DNA from: Candidatus Nanoarchaeia archaeon
GTDB lineage: Archaea > Nanobdellota > Nanobdellia > Pacearchaeales > GW2011-AR1
Reading direction: 5' to 3'
Assembly: GCA_028711165.1 (NCBI GenBank)
Contig: JAQTST010000001.1
Span: forward strand, 454,558-478,557
DNA: 24,000 bases
Shown: piece after piece, positions 14,818-23,654 of the stretch
How the letters are laid out: each line of letters opens with the position of its first letter
How positions within the stretch are numbered: position 1 is the first letter of the stretch
Made by a program: the position numbers and the translations under genes
The notes under the pieces: generated by a model
What the model saw: the letters and a program-made list of their open reading frames with translations, nothing else
What the model was told of the DNA's origin: nothing
Databases searched by the model: none

Positions 14818-16209
14818 ATGAGAAAAAATATTTTAGGTATTTTAGCATTCGTAATGGCTTTCGTCATGATTGGTGGAGTTAGTGCTACTATTGCAGATGG
14901 TGTTGTATTTACTTCACCCGCATTAAGTAGTTATGTTCATAGTACAATAAATGTGCAGTGGACAAATGTACATAGTTATCCAACTTTAACTTTGCAATAT
15001 GTTCAAGGAGAATGTAATGCAAGCGAAGGATGGACAAGTATTGGTTCTGAAAATATGCCTTCAACCAAATTAAGTTCCTCTTGGAATACTGCAGGATTAG
15101 ATGATGGAAACTATTGTTTGAGACTTCAAACTGCTAGCCTTCTAACTGAAGATTCTGTGGCAGTAACTGTAGATAATGAAAAACCTATTGCAAAAATTGC
15201 AGTAACTGGAAATAAAATTCAATACGAAAAATTGAACTTTTATGGAAATGGTTCTACAGATAATAATGGAATTGCAAGTTACTTATGGGAATTTGGTGAT
15301 GGAAGTACAAGTACTGAGATGAATCCAACTCACTCTTATTTAGTAGTAGATGATTATACTGTTAAACTAACAGTAACTGATTCAGCAGGAAACAAAGATT
15401 CTGCAACAAAGTCTATTACTATAGCAGATATTCCTTATGAAGAACCAAGCACAGTTTTTGAAGCTGGAATAAGAGAAATGTTAGACTTACACAGTTCAAT
15501 TGATACTGGTTTAACAGGAACAATAGAATGTAGTGTATTGCCTTCTAGTCTTCCTATAGACGGACTCGTCTTAGGTGAATCTGGAAGCAATTGTACTTTT
15601 GACTGGACAAATATTCCTTATTCTTACCGAGGATTGCATGAATTATCTATAAGGGTAAGTAGCACTGAAGCTGCTACACCAAAGTACTTCAAGGTAGACA
15701 TAACAGTTTACACTTGGATGGCTCCTCTTGTTGTAACAAATGAGAACTACGGATGGAATATGTTTTCAATTCCAATGATGCCTGCAGATACTGACAGCGA
15801 TTCTGTATTAGCTAATATAAAAGATAATATGGATAGCGATAATGTATGGCAATATGATGCAACTGCACAGAAATGGAAGAAGACAACAAAGATTGTTCCA
15901 GGATATGCATACAGAGTAAAGATGAAAGCTACTGACACTTTGAAAGGTTTCGGAAACATTGAAGGAAGTCAGGTTCCAGTTGTAAATGGCTGGAATGCTA
16001 TTGGACATTACGGAATTAATTCTGTATCAATAGATGATGCTTTGACAAGTTTAACTTTGGGAGATGTTAAGTTCTATGATAGTATTCTATCAAGCAGCTC
16101 AACATTCGATGCTTATCAAGGTTATTTCTTAACTGCTAAATTCCTGCCAGATACATCTGAACTTTACACTCCATCACAGAGTGTTATAAATTATATCTTG
16201 GCAGATTAA
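14818..16209 (+). CDS. Secreted surface protein with a PKD domain (463 aa)
   Basis: Strong AGGAGG Shine-Dalgarno motif and a signal peptide. Canonical PKD core YLWEFGDGSTSTEMNPTHSYLVVDDYTVKLTVTDSAGNKDSATKSITI. Ig-like N-terminal domain. The C-terminal GWNMFSIP...PGYAYRVK module is of a kind common in surface proteins. Confidence 0.8.
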   Translation: MRKNILGILAFVMAFVMIGGVSATIADGVVFTSPALSSYVHSTINVQWTNVHSYPTLTLQYVQGECNASEGWTSIGSENMPSTKLSSSWNTAGLDDGNYCLRLQTASLLTEDSVAVTVDNEKPIAKIAVTGNKIQYEKLNFYGNGSTDNNGIASYLWEFGDGSTSTEMNPTHSYLVVDDYTVKLTVTDSAGNKDSATKSITIADIPYEEPSTVFEAGIREMLDLHSSIDTGLTGTIECSVLPSSLPIDGLVLGESGSNCTFDWTNIPYSYRGLHELSIRVSSTEAATPKYFKVDITVYTWMAPLVVTNENYGWNMFSIPMMPADTDSDSVLANIKDNMDSDNVWQYDATAQKWKKTTKIVPGYAYRVKMKATDTLKGFGNIEGSQVPVVNGWNAIGHYGINSVSIDDALTSLTLGDVKFYDSILSSSSTFDAYQGYFLTAKFLPDTSELYTPSQSVINYILAD

Positions 16210-16210
16210 G

Positions 16211-16256
16211 TTCAATTTTAATTTTTTATTTTTCTTTTTCTTTCTTTTTTATTTTA
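16211..16256 (+). terminator. Oligo-T-rich putative archaeal terminator
   Basis: Several T5-T8 runs (TTTTTTATTTTTCTTTTTCTTTCTTTTTTATTTT) lie immediately after the stop codon. Confidence 0.45.
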
Positions 16257-16346
16257 CCGTCAGTACTGGATAGTTTTTATTAATATATCACAAAGATATT
16301 TATTGAGAATAATAATGCTTTTAAACAGAAACGAGAATTAAGTGAT

Positions 16347-17225
16347 ATGAAAAAAGTTGGATTGTTTATTTTTACCTTGATATTTCTTAGTTCATTTGTC
16401 CTTGCAGCAAATTGTGCTCCAAATAATCTTCCGAAAATTTATTCTGGAACAGTTTCATATAATGATGAAAGTTTAACAGGAACTTATGAAATAAGAGCTT
16501 CGATGAGTAATGAAGTTATTGGGATTGGAGAAGTAATTGATGGAGAATATTCTATTGAAGTTACTCCTTGTTTTAATGGAGCTTTTTCATTTTACATTGG
16601 GGGAGTAAAAGCAAATGAACAAGGTTCTTATGCGGGAATTTCTGACTGGGATGTAGAAAAGAATTTAGACTTAACAATAAACTCACAACCATTTGCAACT
16701 TGCGGCAATAATATTGTTGAGCCAAGTGAGGAATGTGAGGGAACAAATTTTGATGGCAGAAGTCCAAGTGACTGTGGAACAAACTGGCAGGGAACAATTT
16801 CATGTACTTCTTCTTGTACTATAAGTTATTCAAATTGTGTTTATAACCCGCCATCTAGTGGCGGTTCATCAGGAGGAAGTTCTTCTGGTGGAGGCTCTGG
16901 CGGTGGTGGAGGAGGCGGAGGTGGCGGCGGAAGCATTAGCCATTCAACTTCAACATCGTCGTCGAAGAATACAAATAATACTCCAATAGTTTTGGAAAAT
17001 AAAACAGAAACAGAATCAAAAAGCAATTCACCATTAACAGGATTTGCGATATCTGATTTTATGACATCGGGAAATGTAATTTATGCAATTATCGGGGGAA
17101 TAACACTTCTTGTTTTGGGAGTTACAGTTATAGTTGCAAGAAAGAAAAAGCCTGTTGAAAGTGTTGAAAATAAAACAGAAAATTCTGAGAAAAAAGAAGA
17201 AGATAACGACGACGGCAAGGCTTAA
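16347..17225 (+). CDS. Surface protein with signal peptide, Cys-rich repeat, Gly/Ser linker, and a C-terminal SPLTG + TM + RKKK sorting-signal-like tail
   Basis: CGNNIVEPSEECEGTNFDG resembles the CGDG...EECD cysteine-rich repeat family. There is a run of 11 Gly within an S/G linker. The C-terminus reads SPLTGFAISDF...IIGGITLLVLGVTVIVARKKKP followed by an acidic tail. Confidence 0.75.
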   Translation: MKKVGLFIFTLIFLSSFVLAANCAPNNLPKIYSGTVSYNDESLTGTYEIRASMSNEVIGIGEVIDGEYSIEVTPCFNGAFSFYIGGVKANEQGSYAGISDWDVEKNLDLTINSQPFATCGNNIVEPSEECEGTNFDGRSPSDCGTNWQGTISCTSSCTISYSNCVYNPPSSGGSSGGSSSGGGSGGGGGGGGGGGSISHSTSTSSSKNTNNTPIVLENKTETESKSNSPLTGFAISDFMTSGNVIYAIIGGITLLVLGVTVIVARKKKPVESVENKTENSEKKEEDNDDGKA

Positions 17226-17249
17226 ATATCCTAATTCTTCATATATTTT

Positions 17250-17508
17250 GTAGACTAGGTTGGCGGATTAGCCCTACGCCGTTTGCAAACGGGCTTTATG
17301 GCAGACTGCAAGAAGGTAAGTGAGTGAAGTGTTAAAATGTCTTTATTCCGACGTTGACGCTTTGTCTGTTTTGATCTTGCAGATGCGAAACGGGTCAGGC
17401 CTTGATCGGAGCAGCCCTAAACATTTGACAAGGTGCTTAGCAGAGTGCAAGGCTGAGGAAGAATAAGGGTAGCATTTTAGTTCTTTACAGGCAAACCTTC
17501 GAGTCTAC
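17250..17508 (+). ncRNA. Signal recognition particle RNA (archaeal 7S/SRP RNA), compact at about 259 nt
   Basis: GC-rich island. The conserved helix-8 motif GGTCAGGCC...CGGAGCAGCCC matches the GGUCAGG/AGCAGCC SRP consensus. The termini pair (GTAGACT at 17250-17256 with AGTCTAC at 17502-17508, then AGGTT at 17257-17261 with AACCT at 17494-17498 across a bulge). A TTAAATAT TATA-like box sits at 17222-17229, about -25. Confidence 0.75.
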
Positions 17509-17547
17509 AATATAAATATTTAAAAATAATAATTTTATTGTAAGAAA

Positions 17548-17964
17548 ATGAAGACATTAAGAAATTTAGTGGTTGGAATTGGAATGGCTTTTGCTTTGAG
17601 CGGATGTCCAAATCTCCCAAATCCTGACAAACCCGTCGACGATAAAAGACATTGGGCAGATATTACTTATATTGTAGAAGGAAGAAATGGAACTCCTTCA
17701 GCGAGTAATATTACTTACGGAAGAATAGACGGGCAAGATGGAGATTGGGTTGATGGATTTTACAGCACTACAGGTTCTGTTTCATTACCTTGGGAATCTG
17801 AAACTTACACTGATTGCACAGGACATTGGTTGAGATTGGGAGCATCAACAGGAACTTCACCTCTTCAATTAAGATTAAAGATAAAAGATGACGACAAGAT
17901 AGTTGCAACCAAAGATATTACTCTCTTGGGGAATTTAGAATATTATATAACAACTCAGAAATAA
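17548..17964 (+). CDS. Putative lipoprotein (138 aa)
   Basis: Signal peptide ending in the lipobox-like sequence FALSGC. No other domain recognised. Confidence 0.6.
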   Translation: MKTLRNLVVGIGMAFALSGCPNLPNPDKPVDDKRHWADITYIVEGRNGTPSASNITYGRIDGQDGDWVDGFYSTTGSVSLPWESETYTDCTGHWLRLGASTGTSPLQLRLKIKDDDKIVATKDITLLGNLEYYITTQK

Positions 17965-18010
17965 TTCTATTTTCAACAAAACTTATTAATCACTTTTTCT
18001 TAATATTTTT

Positions 18011-20626
18011 ATGTGGCACAGCCTTGATAAGAAAGAGGTTCTTGAAAAGTTAAAGACGAGCGAGAATGGACTTAGCGATGAGGAAGCTCTGAAGAGACTG
18101 AAAGAATACGGGAAGAACGAACTGAAACAGATTCACAAAATAAATCCTTTTTTTATTTTTCTTTCACAATTTAAATCTGTTTTTATATTAATTTTATTTG
18201 CTGCTGCGATTTTTTCTTTTTTTATCGAGCATTATATTGATTTTGGAGTTATAATGGCTATAATAGTTCTAAATTCCACGATAGGATTTTTCCAGCAATA
18301 CAAGGCAGAGAAAATAATTGCAAAAATGAAAGAGTTCATTGTTCCGAAAGTTAAAGTTTTGCGAAATGGTAAATTATCTGAAGTTTTATCGTCGGAGATT
18401 GTTCCCGGGGACATTATAGTTATTTCAGAAGGAGACAAGATAACTGCTGACTGCAGAATTCTCTATGTAAATGAATTGCAGGCAAATGAGGCTGTTCTTA
18501 CAGGAGAAAGTTTTCCTCAGGACAAATCTTCTGAAAAATTATTATTGAAAGTTCAGCTTGCTGACAGAGAAAATATGCTTTATGCAGGAACAACAATTGT
18601 GAGGGGAAATGCAAAAGCAGTTGTCGTCTCGACGGGAATGAGAACAGAATTTGGAAATATTGCTGAAAAAGTTCAGACAATAAAACAGAAAAAAACTCCG
18701 CTTGAAATAAAACTGGATGCTTTCTCAAAAAGAATTGCTGCAATTGTTTTGATTATAACAATTTTAATTGTAATTGCAGGGATATACAACGGGGAGGAAA
18801 TTTTCCAGATGATTCTCGCGGGAATTGTCCTTGCAGTGAGCGTTATCCCCGAAGGACTGCCGGCAGTAATTTCTATAACACTTGCATTTGCAATCAAGCG
18901 AATGCAAAAGTATAATGCATTAATCAGAAAACTGCCTGCAGGAGAAACCCTCGGAAGAACAACTGTAATCTGCACAGACAAAACAGGAACACTGACAGAA
19001 GAAGAAATGTTTGTGACAACAACATACTGCAATAATAATTTTTTTAAGATTGAAGACCATTCTTTTTATCTTGACGGCAGGAAAACTTCCCCCGAGAAAA
19101 ATAAAGAATTATTAGAATTGTTAAGGGCAGGAATAATGTGCAACAATGCCAGGCTGGAAATGAAAGGAAGAAAAATAGAAATCTTTGGAGATCCGACGGA
19201 AAAAGCTCTTGTAATGTCGGCATATAATTCCGGATTTGTCAAGAAAACAGAACTTGAAAAAGAGAAAAGAGTGAAAGAATATTCTTTTTCTTCCAGCAGA
19301 AAAATGATGTCAATCATAAGAAAAAGAAATGGGGAATTTGTCAGTTATGTGAAAGGCGCTCCTGATATAATTTTAAAAAAATGCTCAAAAGAATTAGTTA
19401 ACGGAAAATTTGTGAATCTAACTTCGGACAGAAAAAAAGAACTTCTGAATGTTTATTCCAAAATGGCTTCTGATGCACTGAGAGTTTTGGGATTTGCATA
19501 CAAAGAAATTACTGCAAGATTTAATCAGGAAACTGCAGAGAGTGATTTGATATTTTTGGGATTTCAGGGAATGCTTGATATTCCGAGAAAAGAAGTCAAG
19601 GATGCAATCAGAGACTGCAGGAATGCGGGAATAAAAGTCAAAATGCTTACAGGAGATTCTGAAATCACAGCGAAGGCAATTTCAAAAATGATTAATCTTC
19701 AGGGAGAATCAATCGAAGGAGTTGAACTCGAGAAACTTTCTGACAAGGACTTTGGCGAAGCAGTTCAGAAGATTACTATTTTTGCAAGGATAACTCCTGA
19801 AATTAAACTCAGAATAATCAGGACACTCAGAGAACAGAGGGAAATAGTTGCTGTTACTGGCGACGGAGTCAATGATATTCTCGCTCTCAAAGAAGCACAC
19901 ATAGGAATTGCGATGGGAATCAGAGGAACAGATATGGCAAGAGATGTCTCAGATATTATTCTTCTCGACGACAATTTCAGCACAATAGTGCACGCAATAC
20001 GCGAGGGCAGGAGAGTTTATGACAACATGAAAAAATCAATCAAGCTTCATTTATCTGCAAATATCGATGAACTATTTGTTGTCATTGCTGCAATTTTATT
20101 TGCGATGCCTTTGCCTTTTCTTCCTCTTGCAATTCTCTGGATGAACTTAATCACAGATTCACTTCCAAGTCTTGCGCTTGCCGTCGAGAAAGAAGAAGAT
20201 AACATTATGAAGAGAGGGCCGATAAATCACAGCAATAATATTCTCAATGGAGTTTTAAAGTTTGTTCTTATCGCAGGATTTATTTCATTCCTTGCAACAA
20301 TAATTTTATTTATAATTTATCAGGCAGATTTGGAGAAAGCAAGGACGATGGCGCTCACTGTCTCTGTGTTCTGTGAATTATTCATTGCACTTGCCTGCCG
20401 TTCTGATACCAAGAACATATGGAAAGTTGGATTGTTCAGCAATAAATTTATGCTGTTTTCTATAATTGCTGCGGGAGCATTGCAAATCATTGCAGTCTAT
20501 ACACCTCTCGCCGGATTCTTTGGATTAAAGGCAATTTCTGCCGGAGAATTATTAATTGCAGTAGCAGCATCTTCGCTGGGATTTATCTTCTTTGAAATAA
20601 TGAAATTCTTCAAGATAAAAATATAA
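18011..20626 (+). CDS. P-type ATPase, P2 (Ca2+-ATPase-like) cation pump
   Basis: Cation_ATPase_N-type start (LSDEEALKRLKEYGKNEL), TGES, PEGLPAV in M4, the phosphorylation site ICTDKTGTLT, KGAPD, MLTGD and VTGDGVNDILALKEAHIGIAMG. About 10 TM helices. Confidence 0.95.
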   Translation: MWHSLDKKEVLEKLKTSENGLSDEEALKRLKEYGKNELKQIHKINPFFIFLSQFKSVFILILFAAAIFSFFIEHYIDFGVIMAIIVLNSTIGFFQQYKAEKIIAKMKEFIVPKVKVLRNGKLSEVLSSEIVPGDIIVISEGDKITADCRILYVNELQANEAVLTGESFPQDKSSEKLLLKVQLADRENMLYAGTTIVRGNAKAVVVSTGMRTEFGNIAEKVQTIKQKKTPLEIKLDAFSKRIAAIVLIITILIVIAGIYNGEEIFQMILAGIVLAVSVIPEGLPAVISITLAFAIKRMQKYNALIRKLPAGETLGRTTVICTDKTGTLTEEEMFVTTTYCNNNFFKIEDHSFYLDGRKTSPEKNKELLELLRAGIMCNNARLEMKGRKIEIFGDPTEKALVMSAYNSGFVKKTELEKEKRVKEYSFSSSRKMMSIIRKRNGEFVSYVKGAPDIILKKCSKELVNGKFVNLTSDRKKELLNVYSKMASDALRVLGFAYKEITARFNQETAESDLIFLGFQGMLDIPRKEVKDAIRDCRNAGIKVKMLTGDSEITAKAISKMINLQGESIEGVELEKLSDKDFGEAVQKITIFARITPEIKLRIIRTLREQREIVAVTGDGVNDILALKEAHIGIAMGIRGTDMARDVSDIILLDDNFSTIVHAIREGRRVYDNMKKSIKLHLSANIDELFVVIAAILFAMPLPFLPLAILWMNLITDSLPSLALAVEKEEDNIMKRGPINHSNNILNGVLKFVLIAGFISFLATIILFIIYQADLEKARTMALTVSVFCELFIALACRSDTKNIWKVGLFSNKFMLFSIIAAGALQIIAVYTPLAGFFGLKAISAGELLIAVAASSLGFIFFEIMKFFKIKI

Positions 20627-20666
20627 TTTTCAAAAAGTTAATAAAGTCTTTTTTATTTTATTAGAT

Positions 20667-21257
20667 ATGAAAAAAAGGGTAGATAAGCATGGACAATTTT
20701 TTCTCATCGCTGCTGTTATTATAATTGCAGTAATTGTAAGCATCGTAACGATAACGAATTATACGCAAAAAAGAGATGTTGTAAGACTTTATGATTTGGG
20801 AGAAGAATTAGGAATTGAAAGCCAACAGGTTTTGGATTACGGAACATACAGCGAATTAAACGAAGAAGAAATGAAAGGTTTGATAGAAAATTTTATTAAT
20901 AATTATGTAAGCTATATCGAGGACGACAAGAATATTTATTTTGTATTCGGAAATAAAGACAAGGTTAATGTTGTAGGATATCAGGATATTCAAAAAGAAG
21001 AAGTTCTTGTCTGCCTTAAGATTGCAGGTGCAGTAGAAGATATTAAGATTACCGGAGAGGACGATTGTGACCCTTATCTTACTATCGGAGAAACACAGCA
21101 GTTCACAGAAAAAAATCTCCAGGAGATAGATAAAGTAGAAGTTAAAATTGGGGGAATAGGATATGAGTTCCCATTAAATTATGGAGAAAATTTCTATTTT
21201 GTAATCTGGCAGGAAATCGGCGGGGAGAAACATGTTGTCACAAGCTCTTCGGGATAA
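20667..21257 (+). CDS. Pilin-like protein 1 (class III signal-peptide-like N-terminus)
   Basis: MKKRVDKHGQ followed by FFLIAAVIIIAVIVSIVTI, i.e. a basic stretch, then Gly, then about 20 hydrophobic residues. First gene of a same-strand cluster with overlapping junctions. Confidence 0.6.
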   Translation: MKKRVDKHGQFFLIAAVIIIAVIVSIVTITNYTQKRDVVRLYDLGEELGIESQQVLDYGTYSELNEEEMKGLIENFINNYVSYIEDDKNIYFVFGNKDKVNVVGYQDIQKEEVLVCLKIAGAVEDIKITGEDDCDPYLTIGETQQFTEKNLQEIDKVEVKIGGIGYEFPLNYGENFYFVIWQEIGGEKHVVTSSSG

Positions 21258-21798
21258 GCGAGGACTTAGTTTAGTCATAGGATATATTTTGCTGATAGCT
21301 ATTTCAGTAGTTATGAGTGTTATCGTCTACCAATGGCTGAGAACTTATGTTCCGACGGAATCTGTCGAATGCGACGAAGGAGTTTCTATTTTTATCAACG
21401 ACGTTTCTTACGATTGCACTGCAGGAAATCTTGAAGTGACGACGAGAAATAATGGAAAGTTCAGCGTGAATGGATATTTCATCCGTGCTTCAAATAACAG
21501 CGAGGGATTAGCGACGATTGATCTTTCTCTAAATATTCTCGGAGGATACGGCGGGAGTATTTATGGAAATACAAATTCAATCTCCTTTTCAAATGAAACC
21601 TGTGTTTCAGACTGCGAGAATTCTCTTACTCCGACGGTTTCAAGCAATGTTAAAAGTTTGACATTTAATGTTTCGAGCTACGGAGGAAATCTTGTCAAAA
21701 TTGAGATAATTCCGACGAGGATTCAGGAAATTGACAATAAAAAAAGGCTCGTGAGCTGCGGCGGTGCAAAGATTGAAGAAACACTGGTGTGCGAATAA
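21232..21798 (+). CDS. Archaeal type IV pilin-like protein 2
   Basis: RDKRGLSLVIGYILLIAISVVMSVIVYQWL matches the archaeal pilin/archaellin N-terminal pattern (K/R-G-[LV]-S then hydrophobic). It overlaps the upstream gene by 26 nt. Confidence 0.7.
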   Translation: MLSQALRDKRGLSLVIGYILLIAISVVMSVIVYQWLRTYVPTESVECDEGVSIFINDVSYDCTAGNLEVTTRNNGKFSVNGYFIRASNNSEGLATIDLSLNILGGYGGSIYGNTNSISFSNETCVSDCENSLTPTVSSNVKSLTFNVSSYGGNLVKIEIIPTRIQEIDNKKRLVSCGGAKIEETLVCE

Positions 21799-21831
21799 TT
21801 TAAAAATAATAAAAATGTATTATAATAAAAG

Positions 21832-22314
21832 ATGGTAAAGAAATTCAGGATAAAAAATAAGAGGGGGCTTTCTCCGGTAATTACAACGGTGTTATTAATT
21901 GCACTTGTAGTTGTAAGCACGTCGATAGTTTTTTTATGGTTCCGTGGAATGGTTGAAGAAGGAGTTACAAAATTCGGGAAAAATATAAAGCTCGTCTGCG
22001 ACGATGTTGATTTCAAAGCAGAATATAATGCAGGAACATTAAGCGTCGTAAATAATGGAAACATTCCGATATATAATTTGAATTTAAGAATATCCAGCGG
22101 AGGAAATTTCGAGACAAGAGAGATATCAGAAATTTCCGGAGTAGATTGGCCTGAAACAGGATTGGCACAGGGAGGTTCTTTTGCGGGAAATATTGCGGGA
22201 GAAGTTGGAAGTGCAAGTGAGATGATAGTATCCCCAATCTTAGTGGGAACATCAAGCAGCGGTCAAAAAACTTATATATGCGGGGGGCAATATGGTAAAG
22301 AGCTTCCTGTATAA
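21832..22314 (+). CDS. Archaeal type IV pilin-like protein 3
   Basis: NKRGLSPVITTVLLIALVVVSTSIVFLWF is a textbook archaeal pilin N-terminal domain. It is followed by a beta-rich globular part. Confidence 0.8.
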   Translation: MVKKFRIKNKRGLSPVITTVLLIALVVVSTSIVFLWFRGMVEEGVTKFGKNIKLVCDDVDFKAEYNAGTLSVVNNGNIPIYNLNLRISSGGNFETREISEISGVDWPETGLAQGGSFAGNIAGEVGSASEMIVSPILVGTSSSGQKTYICGGQYGKELPV

Positions 22315-23608
22315 AAATAAAAAGGGTTTATCGACGATTATTATAACTTTGATTTTAATTCTTGTCTCGTTAGTTGCAATTGGAATTTTTTGGGTTGTTA
22401 TAAACAATTTAATAAAAAGCGGGACAGAAGGTATTGGTCTGGGGAGATTGACACTTAATGCAGAAATTAAAAGTGTCAGCATCGATAACTCATCAAATAA
22501 TGTTACTTTAACTGTAGAAAGAAAAGTTGGAGCAGGAGAGATGACAGGAATCAAATTTATTTTTTACAGCGATACTGATACAGAAATAATTACTGAAGAT
22601 ATTGAACTCGAACAATTAAAAGAAGCACAGTTTACTTTTCATTTGTTAATGAACGTCGGTGATATAACAAAGATTTCAATTGCACCAATTTTCAGTTCCA
22701 GCGAGGGTGAAGAAAGTGTTGGAAATGTTCTTGATACTTATAATGTTGAAGAACAACCTCCTGTTCCACCGTGTGTGCCTGCTATTAATCCTTGCGGAAC
22801 AAGAGTTTGCGGAAGTGTTACAAACGGAACTTGCGGAAGCATCAGCTGCGGAACCTGTACAGGAGGACAGGAATGTAATTCAACAGGGCAATGTTCTACT
22901 CCTTGTGTCCCATCATCATGCGGTTTATTAGGTTATGAATGCGGAGGACCTTACAACAACGGAACTTGTTTTGGAACATTTAGTTGCGGAGGTTGTATGG
23001 GGGAAGATGTATGTATTGCAGGACATTGTCAACTGAATATAACTCCAATCTTGTGGTATAAGTTCGACGGTAATTTATTAGATTCGGGAGTCGCGCCGGC
23101 AATGGATGGTGCCTGGACAAATGGAACAGGAACTTTTGTAACTGGTTTCAGCGGACAAGCAGCAGATTTTGCAGGGGTTAATGGAATAACAGGAAATGTA
23201 GGTTCTAAAATTGGAAATTTATCTCAAATGACAATTTCAGTTTATGCAAAGAAAAATGTGGCTAGTCAGGGAGGAGATTTATTCTACAAACATGTTCAGT
23301 ATAGAATTATAATCTCCCAGAATTATGTAACTGGTCAAATTTATATCGGAGGAAATGTCACAGAGGTTGCTGGAATAGCAAATATAGATAATACTAACTG
23401 GCATCAATATACCTTGAATTATAACGGTACAGCATTAAAAATTTATGTTGATGGAACTGAGATTGATTCAGAAATTGCAACGGGGAATGTTGATGATTCT
23501 CAATGGCAGGAGCTTTTAATTGGAAATCAGCCGATTGCATGGAGCGGAACATATTTCAACGGGCAGGTTGATGAGTTTAAAATTTATAACAGATCCATAA
23601 CGTCATAA
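22292..23608 (+). CDS. Pilin-like N-terminus fused to two Cys-rich repeats and a C-terminal LamG/concanavalin-like lectin domain (438 aa); putative pilus adhesin
   Basis: NKKGLSTIIITLILILVSLVAIGIFWVV is the pilin-type N-terminus. Two Cys-rich repeats of about 45 aa each (PCVPAINPCGTRVCG...GQC and PCVPSSCGLLGYECGG...GHCQ). LamG_3-like pattern: LWYKFDGNLLDSG...MTISVYAK...WHQYTLNYNGTALKIYVDG...FNGQVDEFKIYNRS. It overlaps the upstream gene by 23 nt. Confidence 0.8.
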   Translation: MVKSFLYKNKKGLSTIIITLILILVSLVAIGIFWVVINNLIKSGTEGIGLGRLTLNAEIKSVSIDNSSNNVTLTVERKVGAGEMTGIKFIFYSDTDTEIITEDIELEQLKEAQFTFHLLMNVGDITKISIAPIFSSSEGEESVGNVLDTYNVEEQPPVPPCVPAINPCGTRVCGSVTNGTCGSISCGTCTGGQECNSTGQCSTPCVPSSCGLLGYECGGPYNNGTCFGTFSCGGCMGEDVCIAGHCQLNITPILWYKFDGNLLDSGVAPAMDGAWTNGTGTFVTGFSGQAADFAGVNGITGNVGSKIGNLSQMTISVYAKKNVASQGGDLFYKHVQYRIIISQNYVTGQIYIGGNVTEVAGIANIDNTNWHQYTLNYNGTALKIYVDGTEIDSEIATGNVDDSQWQELLIGNQPIAWSGTYFNGQVDEFKIYNRSITS

Positions 23609-23654
23609 AAAATTATAAGATAAAATATAAAAACTCATTCTTATTATTTTAATA

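Noticed and set aside
16841-17026. Minus-strand ORF encoding a poly-proline stretch
   Set aside because: It is the antisense reading of the Gly/Ser linker (GGN codons) of the well-supported surface protein gene 16347..17225.
22252-22554. Minus-strand ORF (with its look-alike at 23603..23893) as a conserved gene pair
   Set aside because: Both are antisense to the paralogous pilin N-terminal modules. They resemble each other only because the sense-strand genes are paralogs.
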